From an uncultured delta proteobacterium (lineage in GTDB: Bacteria; Desulfobacterota; Binatia; Binatales; Binataceae): a stretch of 64,000 nucleotides of DNA. This document shows positions 20,395-33,155 of this stretch, piece after piece. Every line of letters begins with the position of its first letter. Position 1 is the stretch's first letter. The translations under genes and the position numbers were made by a program. The notes under the pieces were generated by a model, which saw nothing but the letters and a program-made list of their open reading frames with translations, made no database searches and was not told the DNA's origin. The stretch lies in the NCBI GenBank assembly GCA_963711565.1, contig CAVQEQ010000001.1:64001-128000 (forward strand), in the 5' to 3' direction.

Positions 20395-20777
20395 AGCTCT
20401 TGCTCGATTCCTGCACATTCTTGTGGATCGTTGCCGACGACCCACATCTTTCGGCAACCGCGCGCGCAATGTTTCGCGATCCGTCGAATGAGGCTTTCCT
20501 AAGTGTCGTTTCTGCGTGGGAAATCGCGGTGAAGAGCGCGCTCGGAAACATGCCTCTGCCTGAACCTGCGGATAGCTATGTGCCCAATTTTCGAAAAAAA
20601 GAGCTGATCGAACCCCTGCCCCTCAGCGAAGAGATGGTGCTGCAGGTCGTTCGTCTGCCGTTGATCCATCGCGACCCCTTCGATCGTTTGTTGATTTGCC
20701 AGGCGATTGCAGAGGGTATGGCGATTCTCACTCCCGACAATCGGATCAGACAATATCCAGTGAGAACCATTTGGTGA
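20391..20777 (+). CDS. vapC: VapC PIN-domain toxin
   Basis: LLLDS, SAWEIAVK, HRDPFDRLLICQA. Confidence 0.92.
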   Translation: MKLLLDSCTFLWIVADDPHLSATARAMFRDPSNEAFLSVVSAWEIAVKSALGNMPLPEPADSYVPNFRKKELIEPLPLSEEMVLQVVRLPLIHRDPFDRLLICQAIAEGMAILTPDNRIRQYPVRTIW

Positions 20778-20780
20778 TCG

Positions 20781-21170
20781 ATGATTATTCGACGATCGCA
20801 TTTGTTCCTGTTCCTGGCCGCATTGCTTCTCGCATCGCGGGCGAGTGCCAGCGTAATTTTTATTTCGCAGGACGACAACGGGCGCGAGTTTACGCTCGAT
20901 CGGGGCGACGCGCTGGAGATCTCGCTGCCTGCGACTTCGGGGACCGGATACACCTGGCAGGCCGAGCCGGTCAACGGCGGATTCGTCAAGCAGGTCGGCG
21001 AGCCGGCGTTCGCGCTCGACAGCGCGATGCCCGGTGCGTCGGGACATCAGATATTCCACTTCTCCGTCGGCGCGAGCGGGACCGGCATCCTCAAGATACG
21101 TTACACCCGCCCGTGGGAAAAAGGCTCGAAGCCGGCCAAGGTCTTCAAGATCATGTTGATCGTCCACTAG
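20781..21170 (+). CDS. Secreted protease inhibitor I42 (chagasin family)
   Basis: Signal peptide; TGYTW, PGASG and YTRPWE loops. Confidence 0.85.
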   Translation: MIIRRSHLFLFLAALLLASRASASVIFISQDDNGREFTLDRGDALEISLPATSGTGYTWQAEPVNGGFVKQVGEPAFALDSAMPGASGHQIFHFSVGASGTGILKIRYTRPWEKGSKPAKVFKIMLIVH

Positions 21171-21214
21171 GTTGCGGCGATCGGACGCGGCTTATTGTGC
21201 TACGGGAGCGCGAG

Positions 21215-21248
21215 AAAAAATAAGGACGGAGTCTTTCGACTCCGCCCT
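21215..21248 (-). terminator. rRNA operon terminator
   Basis: Minus strand GGGCGGAGTC-GAAA-GACTCCGTCC then TTATTTTTT. Confidence 0.85.
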
Positions 21249-21258
21249 CTTGAGATTC

Positions 21259-21376
21259 CCCGGCCGCGTCCTACTCTCCCGTGACGCCTTCGGTCACAGT
21301 ACCATCGGCGCTGAAGGGCTTAACTGCCGTGTTCGGGATGGGAACGGGTGTTTCACCTTCGCCATGGCGACCGGAA
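21259..21376 (-). rRNA. rrf: 5S rRNA
   Basis: CCCGTTCCCATCCCGAACACGG..AGTTAAG..GCCGATGGTACT..GGGAGAGTAGG; ends approximate. Confidence 0.97.
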
Positions 21377-21552
21377 ACCTGCCGCGTCCACTACAAAGTG
21401 AACGCCAAGCTCCGACAAATCTGAATAGTAGGGTCTGCAAGTGCAGTCGTTCGAACCTTATCTGTGACTCGACCTTTGCCGTCCCATCCGGTTAGCGATT
21501 GAAACCCGGACAAGTATGCGGCGGCTATTTCAAGGTTAGTTGAAATAGGTAG

Positions 21553-24552
<3,000 letters not shown>

Positions 24553-24707
24553 CTTAAGGTCTTGAGTCACATACAAGGCTCTACTAACTACACTTTTAGA
24601 TACCCTACTATTCAGTTGTCAAAGACCGGATCGACCACCCACTACTACTCCTAGTTCAGCGGGAGCGAAAACTTCATCGGACACTTGTCATGTCCGGTTG
24701 TTAATAC

Positions 24708-24783
24708 TGGTGGAGCGGACCGGGATTGAACCGGCAACCCTCGGCTTGCAAAGCCGATGCTCTCCCAATTGAGCTACCGCCCC
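24708..24783 (-). tRNA. tRNA-Ala(TGC)
   Basis: GGGGCGGTAGCTCA...TTTGCAA...GGTTCAATCCC...CCA. Confidence 0.97.
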
Positions 24784-24856
24784 AAACCCTGCCTACTGAT
24801 CCGCTAACTCTCGAGCCGCGCCGTCCTGTCCGTTTCTAACTATCGCGTGAGAAAAA

Positions 24857-24933
24857 TGGTGGGCCCAGGAAGAGTCGAACTTCCGACCTCGCCCTTATCA
24901 GGGGCGCGCTCTAGCCAACTGAGCTATGGGCCC
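24857..24933 (-). tRNA. tRNA-Ile(GAT)
   Basis: GGGCCCATAGCTCAG...CTGATAA...GTTCGAC...CCA. Confidence 0.97.
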
Positions 24934-24995
24934 AGCTGATAGTGCGCATCGGCCGGCCTTGCGCAGGCTCGAATCCAGTATCGATCCAAAAATCT

Positions 24996-25007
24996 TGTCA
25001 AAGAGCA
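24996..25007 (-). promoter_or_regulatory. rRNA boxA antitermination element in the ITS
   Basis: Minus strand TGCTCTTTGACA; similar motifs near 24620 and 26875. Confidence 0.7.
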
Positions 25008-25158
25008 AACTCAACCCTGAGAAAGGGCGGCCCTTCAAAACCGAATAGTAGTGCGAGCGGGGGTGGAAACAGACTTCTCTGCCACGGCCGAAACCGACCG
25101 GTATTACCCGGCGGTTGACCTCGAATGGCCAACTCTCCGAGGAGAGCTGGCGTACTCG

Positions 25159-26727
<1,569 letters not shown>

Positions 26728-26906
26728 TAGCTCAGTATATCCACCGTCCGAGACGCGGCTAACGCGTCATGGAACGGCAGGACTGACCGCATATTAAATC
26801 AAAGAAATCGGTCGGGCATCGAGTCCATTCCTGGACCCCCGCCGCCGATTAAGGCATGCACTACTATTCAGTTTTCAAAGACCAACCCTTTTCAGGGCGA
26901 ACGGAA

Positions 26907-26936
26907 ACAGTACTCTTCTAATCCGGTCCGTGTCAA
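26907..26936 (-). promoter_or_regulatory. Candidate rRNA promoter
   Basis: Minus strand TTGACA-18-TACTGT just above the leader boxA. Confidence 0.5.
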
Positions 26937-27205
26937 CGGGCATGTGAGGATTTCGGAGGCGAAGTTTCCACAGGCCGCGCCGCAAAGCGCCGCCGCAAGA
27001 AGAATGTACGCATTCCCGCAGTGCAAGTAAAGTCCCTCGACCGAAAAAATCCCGTCGCACATAAACGCTAACGTCCTCTTCCCTGACACAAAGTGTTCAG
27101 ACTATACTCCTTGGTTACTTGCTTGCTTGATTTGACGGTCTCTTCGTCAAAATTTGGCGTATTAGGCGAGAATTGGAGAGGACTCTTCACACGAGGGCAA
27201 TCGCG

Positions 27206-27343
27206 ATGCGACGACTATTCAGCCTCACGGCCTTCGGTTTCGGCTTTTATTATTTGTGGAACAACACGGATACGACCACCGAAATGGTCGCACTCGGCGC
27301 GATGGGCTTCGCGCTGGTGCTCGAGTTCATCGGCGCCGACTAA
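27206..27343 (+). CDS. 45-aa hydrophobic small protein (below the ORF-track cutoff)
   Basis: MRRLFSLTAFGFGFYYLWNNTDTTTEMVALGAMGFALVLEFIGAD*; GAGGG SD; GC-rich third positions. Confidence 0.6.
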   Translation: MRRLFSLTAFGFGFYYLWNNTDTTTEMVALGAMGFALVLEFIGAD

Positions 27344-27356
27344 TCGATTTCCCCGC

Positions 27357-28106
27357 TCAGTGCCGCGCTTTGTGCGGACCCTGCCCCGCCCCCGGCAACA
27401 GCGAAAACTCCCCCTTCAGAGCGACCGTACCACCAGGGGCGTCGCTGTACGATTCATCTTCCAGCGTGACCTCGAGCGTCATTCCTTTCTCTCGTCCAGC
27501 AGGCAAATCGATCGGCACTGTCCCGAGCCCGTCGTCGCCAACCAGAAAATCCGCGGCCCAAATCGGCAATCCACGTTTCGGCATCCACCAGATACGGTAA
27601 ACCTGGAACGTGCCGGCTGGCCTGAGACCGTTCACTTGGAGCATCGCGACATCGGCCGACTCGCTCATCGCAAGTTTGCCTGTAGGAAGATCCAAGGCGC
27701 CTGACTGCCCGCTCGATTTGTCCTTCACCCTGTCTTTTTCCGCGGGCGCCGTCAGCTTGATTGTGCGAAGGTCTGACGCGAATAGAATTTTCTCAAACAC
27801 CTCGCCCTCAGTCGCGCGTTCGCGCACGGAGCCCAGCGTGCGCTGCTCAACGGCCTTCTGATGACGCAAGGTTCGGACGGTGGCATTCAGAGCTGCCACC
27901 CGGCGGTTCACATAGTTGTTGAGTCTGGCCTTGGACGCGGCGATTTCCAGCAACACGATCAGCGCCGCAATTGCGATCGCGACGGACATCCCGCCGATCG
28001 CCTGCCAGAGCCGGACGCGGAGCAGTCGCGGCGGCCGTTCGTTAGCTCGCGGTTCACCGCTATCGCGGCCTTCGGTACCCGGTTGCGGTTCGCTTTGCTC
28101 CATCAC
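27357..28106 (-). CDS. Membrane protein with RskA-like anti-sigma C-terminal domain
   Basis: TM plus coiled coil; GL.P...QVYRIW, EVTLE...P.G.VAL.G. Confidence 0.7.
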   Translation of the reverse strand: MMEQSEPQPGTEGRDSGEPRANERPPRLLRVRLWQAIGGMSVAIAIAALIVLLEIAASKARLNNYVNRRVAALNATVRTLRHQKAVEQRTLGSVRERATEGEVFEKILFASDLRTIKLTAPAEKDRVKDKSSGQSGALDLPTGKLAMSESADVAMLQVNGLRPAGTFQVYRIWWMPKRGLPIWAADFLVGDDGLGTVPIDLPAGREKGMTLEVTLEDESYSDAPGGTVALKGEFSLLPGAGQGPHKARH

Positions 28107-28219
28107 ACATTACGGCACGACATGCTGCGCCAGGCCGGACGATTCGGTCCGACGTTATTATGCCCAATAGGTACCGTCTTTGTTAGCCGCATCGTTTCTT
28201 ATAGAAATAAGGCTTACCT

Positions 28220-29296
28220 ATGCTCCGAATTCAGGATGTTCACGTTCTCGCGACCGAACCGCTGATCGCGCCGCATCTGCTCAAGAACGAGATGCCGGTG
28301 GACGAAAGGATTGCGCGTACCGTGGTCGAGGCGCGCGAGACGATTCGCGAAATCTTGGCGGGTCGCGACCGCCGAATGCTCTGCATCGTGGGCCCGTGCT
28401 CCATCCACGACCCCGAGTCGGCGATTGACTACGCGCATCGCCTGGCGAAGCTGAAGGATGCCACCTCGGACCGGCTCTACCTCATCATGCGCGTGTACTT
28501 CGAGAAGCCGCGCACGACCGTGGGATGGAAAGGGCTGATCAACGATCCGCACATGGACGACAGTTGCGACATGCGCGAGGGACTCCGCATCGCGCGCCGG
28601 TTGTTGATCGAGATAAATCGGCTGGGCCTCGCGGCGGGGACCGAGTTGCTCGATCCGATCACGCCGCAATACATCGCGGACCTGATCGCGTGGGCTGCGA
28701 TCGGTGCGCGCACGACCGAGTCGCAGACGCATCGCGAGATGGCGAGTGGGTTGTCGATGCCGGTCGGCTTCAAGAACACCACCGAAGGAAATCTGCAAGC
28801 TGCGATCAACGCGATTCAATCGGCGCGCCGGCCGCATTCTTTTCTCGGCATCACGCAGGAGGGGATGTCTGCCGTGATTCGCACGTCCGGAAATCCCGAT
28901 ACACACGCCGTGCTTCGAGGTGGACGCAAGCCTAACTACGACGCCGGCAGTATCGAGGAGTGTCGCAAAATACTCGCCGACGCCGCGCTGGAGCCGCGCG
29001 TGATGGTGGATTGCTCGCACGCGCAGACCAGCAAGGACTTCACCCGGCAGCCCGCCGTGCTGCGCACACTGATCGACCAAATATGCGCCGGCAGTAACGC
29101 GATCATGGGCGTCATGCTCGAGAGCAATATCGAAGCGGGCAGCCAGCCGCTCAGCTCGAATCGCGCCGCGCTCAAGTACGGCGTGTCCGTCACCGACCCG
29201 TGCATCGACTGGCCGACGACCGAGCGATGCCTTCTCGAGGCGGCTTCGGCACTGGGCGCCTCCGGCCCAATCGCCGCTGCGAGCCACCGCGCATAG
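28220..29296 (+). CDS. aroG: DAHP synthase, class I-alpha
   Basis: GPCSIHD, RVYFEKPRTTVGWKG, AIGARTTESQTHRE, DCSH, YGVSVTDPC; aroF/G/H isoform not resolvable. Confidence 0.93.
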   Translation: MLRIQDVHVLATEPLIAPHLLKNEMPVDERIARTVVEARETIREILAGRDRRMLCIVGPCSIHDPESAIDYAHRLAKLKDATSDRLYLIMRVYFEKPRTTVGWKGLINDPHMDDSCDMREGLRIARRLLIEINRLGLAAGTELLDPITPQYIADLIAWAAIGARTTESQTHREMASGLSMPVGFKNTTEGNLQAAINAIQSARRPHSFLGITQEGMSAVIRTSGNPDTHAVLRGGRKPNYDAGSIEECRKILADAALEPRVMVDCSHAQTSKDFTRQPAVLRTLIDQICAGSNAIMGVMLESNIEAGSQPLSSNRAALKYGVSVTDPCIDWPTTERCLLEAASALGASGPIAAASHRA

Positions 29297-29316
29297 CATC
29301 CCGTCCGCTCCCCACA

Positions 29317-29538
29317 ATGGCCCATATCAACCGCCATGAGGGCCGCTTCCAGTGGGCAGGATTGTTCCTGTTGTATCTGGCATTCTCGGCCCTGCTTTTG
29401 GCTGGGGGCCTCGCCAGCCACGCGATTTGGTTCGAAAATCCGTCCACCTCGAACGCGACTAGAATCGGAGGAGCTGCCCTGTTCGTTATCTCGCCCGAGA
29501 TGACGACGCCATTTCTCGGCGCAGGCTCTCGCCTATGA
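29317..29538 (+). pseudogene. Internally deleted paralog of the downstream membrane protein
   Basis: First and last segments resemble the N- and C-termini of 29535-31694. Confidence 0.5.
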
Positions 29539-31694
29539 CCTCACCGGATCGCGCGCAACGTCGATGGCAGTCCCTCTTGGCGCTGGCGATTTATTTCGCA
29601 ATCGCGGTTCTGCTGCTCGATCGCGGGCTCGTCGGACATCCCGGCTACTACATCGGGCGCGACACTGACCCGCCGCAGACGATGTGGTTCTTCAACTGGT
29701 GGCGGTTTTCTCTCGCGCACGGGCTCAACCCGTTCGTCTCTGACTGGGTTTGGGCGCCCTTGGGAAGCAACCTTGCCTGGACGGCCATCGTCCCGCTGCT
29801 CGCCTGGATTTCGATTCCACTACAACTAACCGTGGGAGAACCTGCGACCTACAACCTGATTGTGATACTGACACTTCCCCTCGCGGCCTTCAGTGCCTTT
29901 CTACTATGCCGGCGCGTCACCGGAGCGTTTTGGCCGTCGATTCTGGGCGGTTACATCTTCGGCTTTTCTCCCTACATGCTTGGCCAGGCACTCGAGCACC
30001 TCGTTTTGATCGCGGTCTTCCCGGTACCGCTTATCGCGCTGGCGACCTTGAAGAGACTGGACGGCGACATTTCAGGGCGACGATTCGCGATTCTGCTGGC
30101 AGCGCTACTGGTAGTTCAGTTTCTCTGTTTCCCGGAAATTTTCGCGACCGCCATAGTCGTGGGAGGATTTGCGCTCCTGCTCGCGATCGCCCTTTTCGAC
30201 GGCGACCTCCGCGCGCGTCTGCTGGGGCTCATCACGCCCGCGGCGGCTGCCATTGCGATGGCAATCGTGGTGCTATCGCCGTACCTGTACTTCCTGCTCT
30301 TCCGGGGCTTTCCTCGCGATTCAATCTGGAAGCCCGGCAATTATTCCGCCGACCTGCTGGCATTCCTGGTGCCTACGGAAACGGTCATGCTCGGCACTGC
30401 ACGCGTCGCGACTGCGATATCGCGCACTTTTGTGCGCATGCCTGAGAACGGCGCTTACCTGGGCATTGCGCTAATCATATTCCTCGAAATATTCCGGCGC
30501 CGATATTGGAGCGCGCCCGCGGGAAAGTTTCTGACGATCTTGTTCCTCGTCCTCGCGATTGCCTCGATGGGGCCGACGCTCCATGTGGCGGGCAGGCCGG
30601 GAATCTGGTTGCCGTGGGCGCTGGTAGGATGGCTGCCACTTCTTTCGATCGCGTTGCCGGTGCGATTCATGATGTACGAGTTTCTGGTCGTGGCCGTGAT
30701 GGTTTCGATGTGGTTCTCGGCGTCATCGGCTCGACCGCTGACGAAACGTATCGCCGCCGCGGTTATCCTGGTGTCGATCGCGCCGAATCTCCACGCATCA
30801 TTCTGGATTAGCCGCCTCGACGTCCCCGCATTCTTCACAGACCGGGCATACGCAACCGAGCTTCAACCGCGCGAGATAATTTTGCCGCTGCCATGGGGGC
30901 AGAAGGGCAACAGCATGTATTGGCAGTTGCAAAGCGGCATGTACTTCAGGATGGCTGGCGGATACACGGGAGAATTCGCGCCGTTCGAGTTCGCACGGAT
31001 GCCGGTGGCGAACTACTTTTACGGCGGGATCGATCTGCCTGAGGCGGGCGATCAATTGAAGGCGTATATCGCTCGCTTCGGCGTGCAAGCGGTAATCGCC
31101 GACCCGAAAGAAGAAAATTTCGACAGCTTCAAACAGACGCTCGACGCGCTCGGAGTCGCGAGTCAGAACAAAGAAGGTGTGTGGATTTACAAAATCCCGG
31201 GCGATTCGTTCTCCACTTATGCCAAACTGCCGGCTGCTCAGGTCGAGGCGCGGGCGAACGCATTGCGCTTCGATGCGATCCTCGAGGCTGCGGGAAAGTA
31301 TCTCGCCACCGGACACGCTCTGTCGAAACTTTCCGCGCTCGAGCTGAAGCGGCTCGATCTTCTGCCGCACGACTGGCTCGTCGATGCGACACCGCACGCC
31401 TATTCCGACTGGGAAGTCGGACTGGCGGCCGGCGGCGGACTAGGCATCATCATCGTTGGCTCGTACGAGGGAGTACGGCCGCTGATCGAACGCTACCGCG
31501 GGATTGCCTCCGAGATAGATTATCCCGCGCCCACGCCATGGACGCCCGATTCGCATCCGCGGATCGATGTCATCCAACCGTTGCTCGTAACGTTCAACTC
31601 CGCCGAACTCGCCTCGGCGGTGCAGCGCCTTCGCGATTCGCCGCCGGCGGAGCGGACGACGCCATTTGTTGCCGGCGCCATGACCGGCCTGTAG
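29535..31694 (+). CDS. Polytopic membrane protein, probable GT-C-type glycosyltransferase
   Basis: Many TM helices; DPPQTMW, GYIFGFSPY, YSADLL, SMYWQ..GGY. Confidence 0.7.
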   Translation: MTSPDRAQRRWQSLLALAIYFAIAVLLLDRGLVGHPGYYIGRDTDPPQTMWFFNWWRFSLAHGLNPFVSDWVWAPLGSNLAWTAIVPLLAWISIPLQLTVGEPATYNLIVILTLPLAAFSAFLLCRRVTGAFWPSILGGYIFGFSPYMLGQALEHLVLIAVFPVPLIALATLKRLDGDISGRRFAILLAALLVVQFLCFPEIFATAIVVGGFALLLAIALFDGDLRARLLGLITPAAAAIAMAIVVLSPYLYFLLFRGFPRDSIWKPGNYSADLLAFLVPTETVMLGTARVATAISRTFVRMPENGAYLGIALIIFLEIFRRRYWSAPAGKFLTILFLVLAIASMGPTLHVAGRPGIWLPWALVGWLPLLSIALPVRFMMYEFLVVAVMVSMWFSASSARPLTKRIAAAVILVSIAPNLHASFWISRLDVPAFFTDRAYATELQPREIILPLPWGQKGNSMYWQLQSGMYFRMAGGYTGEFAPFEFARMPVANYFYGGIDLPEAGDQLKAYIARFGVQAVIADPKEENFDSFKQTLDALGVASQNKEGVWIYKIPGDSFSTYAKLPAAQVEARANALRFDAILEAAGKYLATGHALSKLSALELKRLDLLPHDWLVDATPHAYSDWEVGLAAGGGLGIIIVGSYEGVRPLIERYRGIASEIDYPAPTPWTPDSHPRIDVIQPLLVTFNSAELASAVQRLRDSPPAERTTPFVAGAMTGL

Positions 31695-31706
31695 GTTCGC
31701 CGCGAC

Positions 31707-33110
31707 TCAGTCCTGGCGCTTTTGCGCGCGCAGTTTTTCGCTGATCACCAGCGCGCCAAGCGCCGCAGTCGTTCGCACGGGAAACTCGGCGGGGCGCCGC
31801 AGCGTTTTGTAGCGCGCGTCGAGCGTCCTGAGTCCATTCATCACACGTTCGCGCGCTTCGGCCAGCGTCGGACGCGGCATAATCCGGCGGCCGTTGTCGA
31901 ACACCGTCTCCAGCAACTGAACCGTTTTCGACGGTATTGGCTTGAACTCGCGCGCGACCGTAGTCGTGCCCTCGTCCACAATTCCGACCATATCGGCGAA
32001 GAACGATCCGCTCGGCGCATAGCCGCGGAATAACTGCTTGCGGCCCGGCGTTCACATTTTTCCAGCCGAGGTCTTCAGACGGCCGCGATCCTTGTACTCA
32101 ACCAGCTTGTACACGAAGTCCGCCGATGGCGCGTCGTCGCTGACGGCGAGCGCCGTGCCGACCCCGAACGCGTCGATCGGTGCGCCGCCGTTGACCAGTT
32201 CCGCGATTCGGTATTCGTCGAGGTTGCCGCTCGCGACGATCGCGATATCGCCGAAGCCCGCCTGGTCGAGAATCCGGCGCGCCTTGCGGCTCAGCTCGTC
32301 GAGATTGCCGCTATCCAGCCGCACGCCCTGGATTTTCACCCCCGCCTCGCGAACTCGCGCACCGGCCACAGCCGCGTTGTTGACACCGCGGATAGTGTCG
32401 TAGGTGTCAACCAGCAGCGTGCTGAGGGTCGGGAAACTCGCGACGAAATCGCCGAACGCGTCGCGCTCGCTTTCATGCGCCATCACGAAGCTGTGACTCA
32501 TCGTGCCGAACACGGGAATGCCGTAGCGCTTGCCGGCGAGCACGTTGGCGGTGCCGTGAAAGCCCGCCATGTAACTCGAGCGCGCCGCGATGAGCGACGC
32601 ATCCGCACCCTGTGCGCGACGCGGACCGAAGTCCACCAAACGCCTGCCGCCGGCGACGGCGAAGCATCGCGCCGCCTTGGTCGCGACGATCGAAGCGAAT
32701 CCCAGCTGGTTGAGCGCCAGCGTTTCGATCAGCTGGGCCTCGATCAGCGGCGCGCGGATTTCGGCGATCGGCTCGCCGGGGAAATAAATCGTGCCTTCGG
32801 GCAGCGCGCGGATCGAACCGGTGAATCTTAGCTTCGACAGAAATTCGAGAAACGCCGGCTTGAAGAGTTGCAGCGATTCGAGATGCTCGATCGCGCCCGC
32901 GTCGAACCGATATTCCTCGAGCGCCTCGATCAGCCGTTCGATACCCGCCGCGATCATGAAGCCGCGCCCCGGCGGCATCCGGCGCATCGCGACTTCGAAC
33001 GACGCCGTGTCGTTGAAGCCGTGCTCGAAGAACGCCGCGCCGACCGTCAACTCGTAGAGATCGGTCAACAGCGCAACCTCCGCGGGGTCGAGTCGGAGAT
33101 CTATCGGCAT
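31707..33110 (-). CDS. pncB: Nicotinate phosphoribosyltransferase, interrupted by in-frame TGA at 32052-32054
   Basis: LLTDLYELT, DFGPRR, GTMSHS, LVDTYDT, VRLDSG, FGVGT, YKLVE; frame continues K-M-*-TPGRKQLFR. Confidence 0.88.
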
Positions 33111-33155
33111 CCGGCGTGTCTCCTTCTCATCCTCAAGGAAAGCGCCGCGGCCCTG

